Assembly: GCA_963823335.1 (NCBI GenBank)
Contig: CAWGLD010000001.1
Span: 1,696,001-1,760,000, forward strand
Direction: 5' to 3'
DNA: 64,000 nt
Origin: an uncultured delta proteobacterium
Lineage (GTDB): Bacteria; Desulfobacterota; Desulfobacteria; Desulfobacterales; B30-G6
Shown here: positions 51,096 through 62,141 of the stretch, in pieces
Layout: each line of letters begins with the position of its first letter
Position numbering within the stretch: the first letter of the stretch is position 1
The notes under the pieces: model-generated
The model's input: only the letters and a program-made list of their open reading frames with translations
Told to the model about the DNA's origin: nothing
The model's database searches: none
Program-made: the position numbers and the translations under genes

Positions 51096-53009
51096 ATGAA
51101 ACAGATTATTCTCGGGACGGCCGGGCACATCGATCACGGCAAAACCAGTCTTATCAAGGCGGTTACCGGCACCAATACGGATCGGCTCAAAGAAGAGCAG
51201 TTGCGGGGTATTACCATCGAGCTCGGTTTTGCATCCCTGGATCTGCCCAGCGGCAGACACCTGGGGATCGTGGATGTCCCCGGTCATGAAAAATTCGTCA
51301 AAAACATGGTGGCCGGGGCCACGGGAATCGATATGGTAGCCATGGTGATCGCAGCCGACGAGGGTGTCATGCCACAGACCCGGGAGCATATGGAGATATG
51401 TTCGCTCCTGGGGGTCGAGCATGGTCTCGTGGCGCTTACCAAAATCGATATGATCGACGAAGAATGGCTGGAACTTGTGGAAGAGGATATTCGCGAGTTT
51501 GTAGCGGGAACTTTTCTGGAAGACAAGGCCATCGTTCCGGTGTCCTCAGCCAGCGGGGAAGGTATCGATGCCTTTGTTTCAGCTCTGGATGATCTGAGCG
51601 GCCGGATTCCGGAACGCTCATCGTCCAACCTGTTCCGTCTACCGGTGGACCGGGTTTTTACCATGAAAGGATTCGGTACGGTTATCACCGGTTCTCTCAT
51701 GTCCGGCAGGGTCAAGATCGGTGACAATGTCATGATCTACCCCTCTGGAATTCCTTCCAAGGTCAGGGGTATTCAGGTCCATGGAGAATCTGTGGACACA
51801 GCCCATTCAGGTATGCGGACAGCCATTAATTTTCAGGGTCTCGAAAAGGCGTCCATCGAGAGGGGGCAGGTTCTTTCCACGGCCAATGCCTTACTGCCCA
51901 GTTACATGGTGGATGTCTCCCTGCATTATCTTGAGAGCAATAAGAAAAAGATCAAGAACCGCAGCCGCGTCAGGTTTCACACGGGCACCAGCGAGATCAT
52001 GGGAAACCTGATTCTGCTGGAGCAGGAGGATCTTCGTCCTGGTGAAGACACGGTTGCCCAGATACGTCTGGATGTACCCGTGGCAGTCGTACGGGACGAT
52101 CGTTTTGTCCTGCGAAGCTATTCGCCTGTCAGAACCATCGGCGGGGGTCAGGTGCTCAATCCGGTCCCGGAGAAGCATAAACGCTTCCGGCTGGAGGTCA
52201 TCGAGGGACTGAAAGGTCTCATAACCCATGACCCGGAAGAAATCATCGCCTACCATGTGCTGGTCGCGGGGGTCAGGGGCGTCTCTTTTTCAGCACTCAT
52301 GATCATGACCAATCTGTCTGAAAAGCCACTGGATAAATACCTTCAGGCCATGCTTTCAAGAAAGGATGTCCTCCAGATCGATAAGGAGCAACGGCTGTTT
52401 GTCCATAAGGCTGGTTTTGAGGGGCTCCAGAAAGACATGGCCACGCATCTGCGGGTATATCACGATAAAAACCCCTTGAAAACGGGTATGCCCAAAGAGG
52501 AACTGAAGTCGAAACTTCCGGCCACCGTTGGAACCAGGGTTTTCACCATGGCCCTGAATCAGATGACAGTGGATACGACGATCGTCCAGGAGGGGGATTC
52601 CGTCAAGCTGACAGCCCACAAGGTCTCGTTGGGGGAAGATCAGGCCGGCATGAAGAAAAAAATAGCGGGTCTCTACCTGGAAAACGGCCTGCAGCCGCCC
52701 TATTTCAAAGAAGTGGTGAACACCCTTGACTATGATTCCTCCTACGCAAAGGATGTCCTGATGGTTCTGGTGGCGGAAGGCATTCTTATCAAAGCCAAGG
52801 AAGATCTCTATTTTCATACCGAGCCCATGCGTGGATTGAAAGAGAAATTGATCGCCTTCCTTCAGACACATGGTGAAATCACCACACCCCAGTTCAAGGA
52901 AATGACCCAGGCCTCACGGAAGTACGTCATCCCGTTGCTGGAATATTTTGATGCCAAGCATGTGACGCTTCGGGTGGGGGACAGCCGAAAATTGAGACAA
53001 CAGCATTAA
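51096..53009 (+). CDS. selB: Selenocysteine-specific elongation factor
   Basis: [19 protein letters not shown] and C-terminal [13 protein letters not shown] motifs. Confidence 0.98.
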   Translation: MKQIILGTAGHIDHGKTSLIKAVTGTNTDRLKEEQLRGITIELGFASLDLPSGRHLGIVDVPGHEKFVKNMVAGATGIDMVAMVIAADEGVMPQTREHMEICSLLGVEHGLVALTKIDMIDEEWLELVEEDIREFVAGTFLEDKAIVPVSSASGEGIDAFVSALDDLSGRIPERSSSNLFRLPVDRVFTMKGFGTVITGSLMSGRVKIGDNVMIYPSGIPSKVRGIQVHGESVDTAHSGMRTAINFQGLEKASIERGQVLSTANALLPSYMVDVSLHYLESNKKKIKNRSRVRFHTGTSEIMGNLILLEQEDLRPGEDTVAQIRLDVPVAVVRDDRFVLRSYSPVRTIGGGQVLNPVPEKHKRFRLEVIEGLKGLITHDPEEIIAYHVLVAGVRGVSFSALMIMTNLSEKPLDKYLQAMLSRKDVLQIDKEQRLFVHKAGFEGLQKDMATHLRVYHDKNPLKTGMPKEELKSKLPATVGTRVFTMALNQMTVDTTIVQEGDSVKLTAHKVSLGEDQAGMKKKIAGLYLENGLQPPYFKEVVNTLDYDSSYAKDVLMVLVAEGILIKAKEDLYFHTEPMRGLKEKLIAFLQTHGEITTPQFKEMTQASRKYVIPLLEYFDAKHVTLRVGDSRKLRQQH

Positions 53010-53028
53010 AATCGTGCAGCGACTTTTT

Positions 53029-54219
53029 TTATCGAATCAGGCGGGACACAATGCTCTCGTGAAACAGCATTCCCTCGGGTGTCAGAGCGCAGCGGTCATT
53101 TTCAAGAATTACCAGCTTTTCTTCCCCGAGTTCCTTCAGGGTATCGCCGTACTGCTGATTGAAATCCATCTGAAATGATTTTTTGAAATGGGCCGTGTCG
53201 ATACCGTCGGACGTACGCAAGCCCAGGTATATGGCTTCGGTTATCTGCTGTTCAGCCGTGGTTTTTTCCCTTTCTTTTATGGGTAAGCGCCCCTGGGCGA
53301 GCGCTGCTGTATATAGCCCTATATGGCGTACATTCCAGTACCTGAAAGGCGGTGCATAGGAATGGGCCGAAGGACCCAGACCCGTATAAGGTGCAAAGGA
53401 CCAGTATTTCCGGTTATGCCGGGAGCGCCAGGTCCTATCCCTTGCGCTTATTCTTGCATAATTTGAAATTTCATATTGCTCATAGCCAGCATCGCTTAAG
53501 ACTTGTTGGGTGATCCGGAAAAGATCGGCAATACCCTGTTCGGGTGGAAGATTGAAAGCATTGCTTTTCCTCATTTGATCCAGGGGTGTTCCTTCCTCAA
53601 ATGTGAGTATGTAACAGGAAAGATGTTCGGGCGAAAAGACCAGGGCTTTTTTCAGGTCATCCTGCCACGCGGAGACGTCCTGGCCGGGGACACCGAAGAT
53701 CAAATCAAGGCCCATATTGTCAAAGCCGGCTTTTCGGGCATACGCAATGGCCTGGGTGGCATCTTCCGGTGAATGGATGCGTCCCAGGAAAGCCAAGGTG
53801 TCACGTGAAAACGACTGTACCCCGATATTTATGCGGTTGATTCCGATTTGTCTCAGAAAAGTCAGATGATTCTGGGTAACGGTTCCCGGATTCACCTCTA
53901 TGGTGATTTCAGTTTCGGGTATGAGGTTGAACAGGCTGTGGGCTTGTTGCATGAGTGTCTCGATCTGCCGGGGCGTAAGGACGGAGGGGGTCCCGCCACC
54001 GAAATACAGGGTGTCACTGAGGGTATCATGGGCGTCGACCAGAGCCATCTCCTGTAGGAGAGACTCGACAAAGGGTTGTCGCAGTGTCAGGTCGGTCAGG
54101 GAGTAGAAGTCACAGTATGCGCATTTTCTCAGGCAAAAGGGGATGTGGATATATATACCGTGCTTTGGGTTGCAAGAAGTTTCAAAAAGGTTGGGCTTGC
54201 CGACATCCGAAAAATTCAT
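53029..54219 (-). CDS. hemW: Radical SAM heme chaperone
   Basis: YIHIPFC..KCAYCDF, GGGTPS, YEISNY and HN..YW motifs. Confidence 0.93.
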   Translation of the reverse strand: MNFSDVGKPNLFETSCNPKHGIYIHIPFCLRKCAYCDFYSLTDLTLRQPFVESLLQEMALVDAHDTLSDTLYFGGGTPSVLTPRQIETLMQQAHSLFNLIPETEITIEVNPGTVTQNHLTFLRQIGINRINIGVQSFSRDTLAFLGRIHSPEDATQAIAYARKAGFDNMGLDLIFGVPGQDVSAWQDDLKKALVFSPEHLSCYILTFEEGTPLDQMRKSNAFNLPPEQGIADLFRITQQVLSDAGYEQYEISNYARISARDRTWRSRHNRKYWSFAPYTGLGPSAHSYAPPFRYWNVRHIGLYTAALAQGRLPIKEREKTTAEQQITEAIYLGLRTSDGIDTAHFKKSFQMDFNQQYGDTLKELGEEKLVILENDRCALTPEGMLFHESIVSRLIR

Positions 54220-54230
54220 GACTGTACGGA

Positions 54231-54779
54231 CTATTTGGTTTTGTATGTCTTGCCGAGTTTCATACCGATGTCCAGTGCTTTTTGGTTCAGTTCCAGAAAA
54301 CCTTTCGGTATGCGGGTTTCAATCACTTTCATAACCGATTCGGGCTGGACCAGGTCTGTCAGAGCCAGCAGGGCGCCCAGCATGCAGATGTTGAACACGA
54401 TGGGTTTGCCGATTTTCTCCATGACAGTGACATAGATGGGTATTTCCAGTTGCTTGGCATCGGCCTTTCGTTGGATTTTGACGTATCGGGAGTCGGTCAT
54501 CAGCAGACCTCCCGGCCGGATGATGGTATAAAACTTGTTGTAGGCTTCCTGGGTCAGGCAGACCAGCACATTGGGCTGGATAACCTTGGGATAATTGATG
54601 GTAGTGTCCGAAATGATGACATCGCTGCGGGTTGCCCCTCCTCGTGCCTCGGGGCCATAGGCCTGGGATTGTACAGCTGTCAGGTTGTCATAAAGGACTG
54701 CTGCCTCGGCCAGAATAATGGCTGCCGTGATGACGCCCTGTCCCCCCGAACCTGAAAAAACCATCCTGCATCGTTCCAT
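54231..54779 (-). CDS. korC: 2-oxoacid:ferredoxin oxidoreductase gamma subunit
   Basis: GSGGQG and YGPEARGG motifs. Confidence 0.93.
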   Translation of the reverse strand: MERCRMVFSGSGGQGVITAAIILAEAAVLYDNLTAVQSQAYGPEARGGATRSDVIISDTTINYPKVIQPNVLVCLTQEAYNKFYTIIRPGGLLMTDSRYVKIQRKADAKQLEIPIYVTVMEKIGKPIVFNICMLGALLALTDLVQPESVMKVIETRIPKGFLELNQKALDIGMKLGKTYKTK

Positions 54780-54781
54780 AG

Positions 54782-55586
54782 CTATTTTCCTTTCATCGCC
54801 GATGCGATGATTTTGTCGTATTCATTACAGTACTCAGGCGCCTCCACCTCATGCAGTATGCCGCGTTCTATGAGATCGGGATTTTCCTGCTTGGCCTTGG
54901 ATCCCTTGGGGGTGGTGTTTTCCTTGTAGGCCGTCATCATGTCCGCTGCCGATCCAGCGCGGTTCCTGCGGCCGAAATAGGTTGGACACTGGGTTAGAAT
55001 TTCCACCACGGAAAAACCTTCGTGCAGGATCGCCTTCTTGATAATTTCTGTCATCTGCTGGACATGATAGGTGGTTGTCCTGGCAACGAATGTGGCACCG
55101 GCTGCCTTGGAAATCTCGGCCACATCGAAAGCGTGATCGATATTGCTGAAGGGGGCTGTGGTGGCCAGGACCCCTAACCCTGAAAGGGGCGAGAACTGGC
55201 CGCCGGTCATGCCGTAGATGCGGTTGTTCATAACGATGGCCGTAATGTCGATATTTCGACGGGCAGCATGAATAAAATGGTTTCCACCGATGGCCAGGGC
55301 ATCACCATCACCCATGGGCACGATCACGTTCAGATTCCGGCAGCCCAAGTTTGACGCCGGTTGCGAAGGCCAGGGCCCGGCCGTGGATGGTGTGCAGGGT
55401 GTGAAAGTCAACATATCCGGATATCCTGGAGGAGCACCCAATACCCGAAACCATCACGATTTCGTTTTTGCTCATGCCGAGCTGCTCGATGGCCCTGAGC
55501 ATGCTGTTCAGAATGATGCCGTGGCCGCAACCCGGGCACCACATGTGCGGGAAAAATCGTTCGCGTAGATAATCTTTAATCGCCAT
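54782..55586 (-). pseudogene. korB: 2-oxoacid:ferredoxin oxidoreductase beta subunit with an apparent single-base frameshift
   Basis: WCPGCG..GIGCS..HGRA in one frame; GDGD..IGGNH and the rest in another; switch near 55335. Confidence 0.85.
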
Positions 55587-55589
55587 GGT

Positions 55590-56738
55590 TTAGGCCCCTT
55601 TACCCTGTACATATCTGAGAATATTGCGAATGTCTGTCGGAGTGATGAATACGCCGTCAACCCGGTTGACTAGGAAGACTCTTTCGGGATTGTCCACGGC
55701 CCTCTTCACGGCTCTCAATATTTGACCCGAGTTTAACTCTACGACGGCGATGGATCTGGCGTTTTTACATTTTTCCCTGACCATCTGATAGGGGAACGGC
55801 CAGAGTGTCTGGAGTTCCAGAAGACCCAGTCGTTCGCCGCGCGGACGCCTGCCCTGCACCACGTGGAGTGCCGAGCGGGCTGCCGAACCGTAGGAGATCA
55901 AAATGCATTCGGCATCCTCCAGAAAGTATTCCTTGTAGCGTGCGATCTGGTTGACATTGTTGGCTATCTTGTCAATGAGATGCCGGTGAAGCCCCTGGAC
56001 CACGGAAGGAACGGAGGATGGAAACCCCCACATGTCGTGATAGAGCCCCGTGACGTTGTAGCGATGAACCCCTCCGAAATCAGACATGGGCAGCCGGCCG
56101 TCTTCTCTGGGGAGGTAAGGGTGGTAATCGACGCCTTCCTTGACCGAGGTTCGAAGTCGTTCGACAATGGGGATATCACCTTCTTCGGGAATAACCAGTT
56201 TTTCCCGCATGTGTCCGATTACCTCGTCAAAAAGAAGGATGACTGGTGTTCGATAGGTTTCGGCAAGATTGAAGGCATCCACGGTTATGGAGAAGACATC
56301 CTGGTGATTGGATGCCGTGAGGGCAATAATCTCGTGGTCACCGTGTGTGCCCCAACGGGCCTGCATGACATCTCCCTGGCCCACGCTGGTGGGCAGGCCG
56401 GTGGATGGACCGCCCCGTTGCACATTGACGATGACACAGGGTATTTCGGTCATGATGGCATAGCCCAGGGCCTCCTGCATCAGTGAAAACCCGGGACCGC
56501 TGGTGGCGGTCATCACCTTTTTACCGGTCAGGGAGGCACCGATGATGGCGGCCATGGATGCGATTTCATCCTCCATCTGAATAAACTTGTCCCCTTGTTG
56601 GGGGAGCCTGCTGGCCAGGTGTTCTGCGATCTCGGTGGAGGGCGTGATAGGATACCCGGCAAAAAAATTGAGCCCCGCGTAAAGGGCTGCCTCCACGCAC
56701 ACCTCGTTGCCCTGGATGAACTTTATCTTTGGGTCCAT
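55590..56738 (-). CDS. korA: 2-oxoacid:ferredoxin oxidoreductase alpha subunit
   Basis: GYPITP, EDEI, TSGPG and QRGGPSTG motifs. Confidence 0.95.
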   Translation of the reverse strand: MDPKIKFIQGNEVCVEAALYAGLNFFAGYPITPSTEIAEHLASRLPQQGDKFIQMEDEIASMAAIIGASLTGKKVMTATSGPGFSLMQEALGYAIMTEIPCVIVNVQRGGPSTGLPTSVGQGDVMQARWGTHGDHEIIALTASNHQDVFSITVDAFNLAETYRTPVILLFDEVIGHMREKLVIPEEGDIPIVERLRTSVKEGVDYHPYLPREDGRLPMSDFGGVHRYNVTGLYHDMWGFPSSVPSVVQGLHRHLIDKIANNVNQIARYKEYFLEDAECILISYGSAARSALHVVQGRRPRGERLGLLELQTLWPFPYQMVREKCKNARSIAVVELNSGQILRAVKRAVDNPERVFLVNRVDGVFITPTDIRNILRYVQGKGA

Positions 56739-56874
56739 TGTTGCCCCTTTTTTTATTTTCGCGTCATGAAAAATCTGGTTCTATGGGCCAGGTCAAAATC
56801 ATGCGGCTGTTGAAGAACCTGGCTATTTTCGATTCGTTTGCTAACCCCACGGCAGGTTACAGGGAATATGCCAG

Positions 56875-57084
56875 CTATTGGGGTTCAACAATTACCTCGA
56901 TAGCAAGGTCCGGACACCGCAGTTCACAGAGTTTACAGCAGATGCAGTCTTGAGGACGGGCAGCCACAACTTTGTCGCTATCATCGAGTTCCAGGACCTT
57001 TTTGGGGCAGAAATGAACACAGATGCCGCATCCCTTGCACCATTCCCTGTTGATGATGTGTTCTTTGAGTTTGGGTTTTGGCAT
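56875..57084 (-). CDS. korD: 2x[4Fe-4S] ferredoxin, delta subunit
   Basis: CKGCGICVHFCP and CICCKLCELRCPD. Confidence 0.92.
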   Translation of the reverse strand: MPKPKLKEHIINREWCKGCGICVHFCPKKVLELDDSDKVVAARPQDCICCKLCELRCPDLAIEVIVEPQ

Positions 57085-57337
57085 ATGGATTCCCTTGACA
57101 ATCGCGACTCAGGCGGTAAACAGATGGCGTCACGGTTTATTATAATTTTTTACCAATATGTTAATCGGCAAATTACTGCCAGATAGAAGCATGGTTGTTC
57201 AATCCCAATCCCTATGACCCAGAATCCACGCTTCTATTTGAATATTGATTTTGAGGACTATTGTCAATATGATAGAAAAAAAATCGAAGTTCAGTGATTG
57301 CCGAGCTTGTCGCAGCTACAAGGAACATGTTGTAATC

Positions 57338-58342
57338 ATGAAAAAAACCATCGCGATCATAGCCATTCTCGTTCTCGGTACCGCTGCACTGCTGGGGATC
57401 CCGGCCTGGAACGTCTTTGATTATGCCGCCCAACCTTCAGGGAACGATATTTCCGAAAAATTAATCACTGTGTTGCCGGGGCAGCATTTCAAGATGATTG
57501 CGCATCAGCTGGCGAGTTCTGGAATTATTACGGATTCCATAAGGTTCAAACTGTTTGCGCGATTCAAGGGCTATGACAAGCGCATCAAGGCCGGCGAGTA
57601 CAGACTTTCAGCCGCTCTTTCCCCGAAGCAGATCCTGGAAATCATGGTCAGCGGAAAGGTTGCCCTTTACAGGATTACCATCCCGGAGGGGTACAACCTG
57701 GTCCAGATCGCCGACATCGTCTCGAAAATGGGTCTGGCAGAAGCAGCGGGGTTTATCCGGTCCGCCACTGACCCAGAAGTTGTCAATGCACTGGGGTTGG
57801 AGACTGGTTCGTTGGAAGGATATCTGTTTCCGGACACCTATCATTTCCCCAAAGGATTGCCCCTGGATGAGATCATGGGCACCATGGTGAATCGATTTTG
57901 GGATATATTTTCAACAGAGTGGCGGGAGCGGGCCCGGCAGATGGATATGAGTGTGCATCAGGTCGTCACCCTGGCATCTATTATCGAAAAAGAGACCGGT
58001 GCGGCATTTGAACGCCCGTTGGTTGCCTCGGTTTTTCACAACCGACTGGTAAAGGGGATGCGTCTGTCAAGTGATCCGACGGTGATATACGGCATCAAAG
58101 ATTTCGATGGCAACCTGACCAGAAAGCATTTAACAACGCTGACTCCCTATAACACCTACCTGAACAAGGGCCTGCCCCCGGGACCCATCGCCAATCCAGG
58201 TCTTGCATCCCTGGAGGCGGCATTGTATCCAGCCGAAACCGATTATTTGTATTTTGTCTCGAAAAAAGACAGTACCCACCACTTTTCCACCACGTTCGAG
58301 GAACATAGCCGGGCGGTGAGAAAGTATCAGTTAAAAAAATAA
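57338..58342 (+). CDS. mltG: Endolytic transglycosylase
   Basis: TIPEG, LEGYLFPDTY, ASIIEKE and GLPPGPIANPG motifs. Confidence 0.96.
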   Translation: MKKTIAIIAILVLGTAALLGIPAWNVFDYAAQPSGNDISEKLITVLPGQHFKMIAHQLASSGIITDSIRFKLFARFKGYDKRIKAGEYRLSAALSPKQILEIMVSGKVALYRITIPEGYNLVQIADIVSKMGLAEAAGFIRSATDPEVVNALGLETGSLEGYLFPDTYHFPKGLPLDEIMGTMVNRFWDIFSTEWRERARQMDMSVHQVVTLASIIEKETGAAFERPLVASVFHNRLVKGMRLSSDPTVIYGIKDFDGNLTRKHLTTLTPYNTYLNKGLPPGPIANPGLASLEAALYPAETDYLYFVSKKDSTHHFSTTFEEHSRAVRKYQLKK

Positions 58343-58482
58343 ATTCGCCTCGGCGATTTTATTTTAAAGCGGCGTTGCCGCTTTTTTTTAATAAGACTGG
58401 ACAATTTTTCCAAACGAATTGAGGGAAGAACCATTACCTTTAACAGCTTATAGTTTAAAGCGAAACCTCTTGGATGATCTCA

Positions 58483-59475
58483 ATGAAATTGACGGACGAA
58501 CAGATGGCAGGGCAGCGGTTGATGGTTGGGTTTGACGGCAACGACCTGAGTACGGATGTGAAATTTCTAATCAGGGACCTGCATGTGGGTGGCCTAATCC
58601 TCTTTCGGCGCAACATTGCAGAACCGGAACAGGTTCGGCATCTGTGCCTTTCTTCCCAGGAATATGCAAGATCGTGCGGAGAGCCGGCCCTGTTTATTGC
58701 CATTGACCAGGAGGGAGGAACCGTTGCCAGACTGAAGAGCCCCTTCACGGAATTTTCCGGCAATGTGCACATGAAGGGGACCCAGGACGCTGTCTCCTTT
58801 GCCAGGGTATCGGCCAAAGAGCTCCGGGATGTGGGCATCAACATGAATATGGCCCCGGTCCTGGATGTGGCCGTTGATCCCCGGGTCAGTATCATGAAAG
58901 ATCGTGCTTTCGGGTCTGATCCGGAATGGGTGTCCCGTCTTGGGATGGCCGTGATTCAGCACCTTCAGGAAGGGGGCGTCATGTCGGTTGCCAAACACTT
59001 TCCCGGGATCGGCAGGACCACGCTCGACTCCCATATGGATCTTCCTTTTCTGGAAACCGATGCCCAGGATCTAACTGCCATCGATCTTGCTCCGTTTCAG
59101 GATGCCATTGATAATGGTGTGGCCGGTATGATGCTTTCCCACATCTGCTACCGTTCCCTGGACGACCAGATGCCGGCCAGTCTGTCGAAGAAGATTGCCC
59201 GGGACCTCCTGAGGCATCGTCTGGGGTATGATGGCGTGGTCATGACCGACGATCTGGATATGGGTGCCATCAAAAAACACCATGATGTGCAAGCATCCAT
59301 GCAGAAAATTCTGGCTGCCGAGATTGACATTGCCCTGATCTGCCACCGCAGTCCGGATATGGAAACGGCTTTCGAAACCATCCGGTCGTTTCAGTCCACG
59401 TCACCAACGAATAGAAGATTGGGTGAGCAATCAGTGCGACGGATCATGGCCTTGAAGAAAAGGTATCTGGCCTAA
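58483..59475 (+). CDS. nagZ: Beta-N-acetylhexosaminidase (GH3)
   Basis: DQEGG, KHFPG, DSH and TDDL.M motifs. Confidence 0.94.
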   Translation: MKLTDEQMAGQRLMVGFDGNDLSTDVKFLIRDLHVGGLILFRRNIAEPEQVRHLCLSSQEYARSCGEPALFIAIDQEGGTVARLKSPFTEFSGNVHMKGTQDAVSFARVSAKELRDVGINMNMAPVLDVAVDPRVSIMKDRAFGSDPEWVSRLGMAVIQHLQEGGVMSVAKHFPGIGRTTLDSHMDLPFLETDAQDLTAIDLAPFQDAIDNGVAGMMLSHICYRSLDDQMPASLSKKIARDLLRHRLGYDGVVMTDDLDMGAIKKHHDVQASMQKILAAEIDIALICHRSPDMETAFETIRSFQSTSPTNRRLGEQSVRRIMALKKRYLA

Positions 59476-59531
59476 GATGAGCATTTCAATTTTTAAAATA
59501 AGCGACGAACGTCGCGTCAGATAAAATCGTT

Positions 59532-60530
59532 TTACGATGTTATTCGTGAGTACACATCGCTGTCCAATTGGGAGGTGTGGCCCTGGATTAGATGGTGATA
59601 ACCGGCAGCGGCAATCATGGCGGCATTGTCACCGCAGAGGCTCAAGGGAGGGATGTGAACGGTTATTCCTTTTTCCTTTGCCGTTGTTTCTATTTTATTT
59701 CTCAGGTTTGTGTTGGCGGCAACCCCCCCCACAACGGCCACGTGCCGGCAATCCATTTTTTCAGCTGCGGCAAAAAGTTTGAAGGAGAGGACATCCACCA
59801 CTGAGGCCTGGAACCCGGCCGCGATGTCCGGGATTTCCTGGCTCAGATGCTGCAGGTTCTTTTCGATATATCGACGCACGCCCGTCTTTAGACCGCTGAA
59901 ACTGAAGTCGAATTCGTTTTTATCGAGATAGGCTCGTTTGAAGAAAATTTTTTCGGGATCTCCCTTCCGGGCTACCTCATTGATGATTTTTCCTCCTGGG
60001 TAGCCGAGATCAAGCATTTTGGAGACCTTGTCAAAGGCTTCGCCGGCTGCATCATCTCGTGTCTGACCCATTAAAGCCCATGTGGTGTGCGAGGTGACAT
60101 GGTAAACAGCCGTGTGCCCCCCTGATGCCAGGAGTGCGATAAAGGGAAAGGGGGGAGGTGTCCGGGTGAGAAAAACTGAATTGATATGCCCTTCCAGGTG
60201 GTTGATGCCTATCCAGGGTATACTTAGGGCATAGGCAAATGCTTTGGCAAAAGAGAATCCGACCAGAAGGGATCCCACCAGACCGGGTCCCTGGGTGACA
60301 GCTATGCCATCCAACTGGGGGGTTGTGATTCCGGCCGACTGGATGGCCTCGTCCACCACCGGCACGATAGACTCGATGTGTTTGCGGGAGGCCAGTTCGG
60401 GTACGACCCCGCCATAGGGGCTGTGGAGCTTGACCTGGGATGCCACGATGGAGGAAAGAATTCGATTGCCGTCCTCAAGAATTGCTGCCGCAGTTTCGTC
60501 ACAGGATGATTCAATGCCGAGTGTGATCAT
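59532..60530 (-). CDS. tsaD: tRNA threonylcarbamoyltransferase
   Basis: GIESSCDE, HLEGH, SGGHT and DNAAMI motifs. Confidence 0.97.
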   Translation of the reverse strand: MITLGIESSCDETAAAILEDGNRILSSIVASQVKLHSPYGGVVPELASRKHIESIVPVVDEAIQSAGITTPQLDGIAVTQGPGLVGSLLVGFSFAKAFAYALSIPWIGINHLEGHINSVFLTRTPPPFPFIALLASGGHTAVYHVTSHTTWALMGQTRDDAAGEAFDKVSKMLDLGYPGGKIINEVARKGDPEKIFFKRAYLDKNEFDFSFSGLKTGVRRYIEKNLQHLSQEIPDIAAGFQASVVDVLSFKLFAAAEKMDCRHVAVVGGVAANTNLRNKIETTAKEKGITVHIPPLSLCGDNAAMIAAAGYHHLIQGHTSQLDSDVYSRITS

Positions 60531-60757
60531 GATGAAAAAATCGTGTAATAAAGTTTATACGCGTGCGTTAGCGTCTATTCCTGTGATCTTGTTTCTTTGT
60601 GCTGGCCACCTGCCCGGTGCCCGGTACTTTTGCTGTTCAACTGCGGCAAACAGCGCCTCGACGCTGACCGTTCGCGAGCCATGTCAGAAATCGCCGACAT
60701 GGGGTTTGGAGGGTATGGCGCCAGAGCCACCCTGGACGAAAAGAGCGCTTAACGGGG

Positions 60758-61801
60758 TTATGCCCATACGATCCGGTCTGTACCTGCTTTTCGATCGACA
60801 ATTTCTCCAATGAAATAGGCCTTTTCGTCCATGGCGTTGATGCGTTCAAAAACATCCTGGGCTGAGTTTTCCGGCACAATCGCGATCATCCCCAGACCGT
60901 TGTTGAATGTGTGTTTCATTTCCTTGTCTTCGACACCGCCGGCTTCCTTTAGAAAGGTGAAGATGGGCGGAATTTCCCAGCTGTTTTCCTTGATGATGAT
61001 ACCGCAGGCTTCGGGAATGATTCGGACTAGATTGTCTTCGAAACCGCCTCCCGTGATATGACAGAGTCCGTTAATCGGCAAGTCCCGCGATATGCTCAGG
61101 AGGGTTTCGGTATATATTCTGGTGGGTGTCAACAGTTCTTCGGCCAGGGTTTTACCCAGTTCGGGCAGGTACTCATCCAGATTCATTTTGAGCATATCGA
61201 AACAGATTTTTCGTACCAGGGAATACCCATTGCTGTGCAGGCCGCTGGAAGCGATGCCGATGAGCTGGTTTCCGACCCGTATATCAGATCCGTCGATGAT
61301 TTTGTCATTGTCCACGACACCGACGGTGAATCCGGCAAGATCATATTCGTTCTCCTGGTACATTCCGGGCATTTCCGCGGTTTCACCACCTATGAGGGCG
61401 CAATTGGCAATTTTGCAGCCATCACCGATACCGGTAATGATTGCCATGGCAGTGGTATTGTCGAGTTTGCCCATGGAGATGTAATCGAGGAAGAATAGCG
61501 GCTTGGCACCCTGAACGGCAATGTCGTTGACACACATGGCTACCAGGTCGATTCCAATGGTGTCGTGTTTTCCCGTGAGAAAGGCGATCTTGAGCTTGGT
61601 CCCCACGCCATCGGTGGAGCTAACCAGTACAGGTCTATTTAAGTTGTCAAGGTTCAGGGAGTACATGCTGCCAAATCCGCCGATGTCACTGAGGACGTTG
61701 GACTTGAATGTACTTCTGGCAATTTTTTTTATCTGGCCTACCAGTGTGTTGGCCTTGTCGATATCAACACCGGCATCGGCATATGTGAGTGGTTTTTTCA
61801 T
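60758..61801 (-). CDS. purM: AIR synthetase
   Basis: TDGVGTKL, GGETAEMPG and SSGLHSNG motifs. Confidence 0.98.
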   Translation of the reverse strand: MKKPLTYADAGVDIDKANTLVGQIKKIARSTFKSNVLSDIGGFGSMYSLNLDNLNRPVLVSSTDGVGTKLKIAFLTGKHDTIGIDLVAMCVNDIAVQGAKPLFFLDYISMGKLDNTTAMAIITGIGDGCKIANCALIGGETAEMPGMYQENEYDLAGFTVGVVDNDKIIDGSDIRVGNQLIGIASSGLHSNGYSLVRKICFDMLKMNLDEYLPELGKTLAEELLTPTRIYTETLLSISRDLPINGLCHITGGGFEDNLVRIIPEACGIIIKENSWEIPPIFTFLKEAGGVEDKEMKHTFNNGLGMIAIVPENSAQDVFERINAMDEKAYFIGEIVDRKAGTDRIVWA

Positions 61802-61938
61802 CTTGATAATCGCTTTCTCCTGGTCCTGTCAGTCAGGATACGGATGTTTGCACACCTGCGAATTGCCCTTTTACGATTGCCGATATTCCTGAAATCGGCT
61901 GTGGCGATGGGTCGATTTATGTATGCTGATAAATTGGA

Positions 61939-61967
61939 AATCTAATCCGCAGGCGTCTAAAAGTCAA
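61939..61967 (-). promoter_or_regulatory. Sigma70 promoter of purM
   Basis: TTGACT-17-TAGATT. Confidence 0.55.
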
Positions 61968-62045
61968 AACAAATTTTTGGTCTTGTCCTGGACTGTTAGG
62001 ATTTTAAATCTTGACTTGTGGCTGGAAAGCTAAGAAAGTAGCTAT

Positions 62046-62097
62046 TTCGAACCGCTACAATGAGCGCATTCCCCGTGGCTTGTTGCGGGGTTCTTCA
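62046..62097 (-). repeat. Family B repeat, compact copy upstream of hom
   Basis: TGAAGAACCCCGCAACAAGCCACGGGGAATGCGCTCATTGTAGCGGTTCGAA. Confidence 0.7.
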
Positions 62098-62141
62098 GTA
62101 GAAAAACATTATTTCCGGTTTGTCCGGGCAGGGTGATACAA

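Noticed and set aside
61802-61935. Possible ZTP riboswitch before purM
   Set aside because: The GACUGGCG and CGCCUGGG consensus elements were not found
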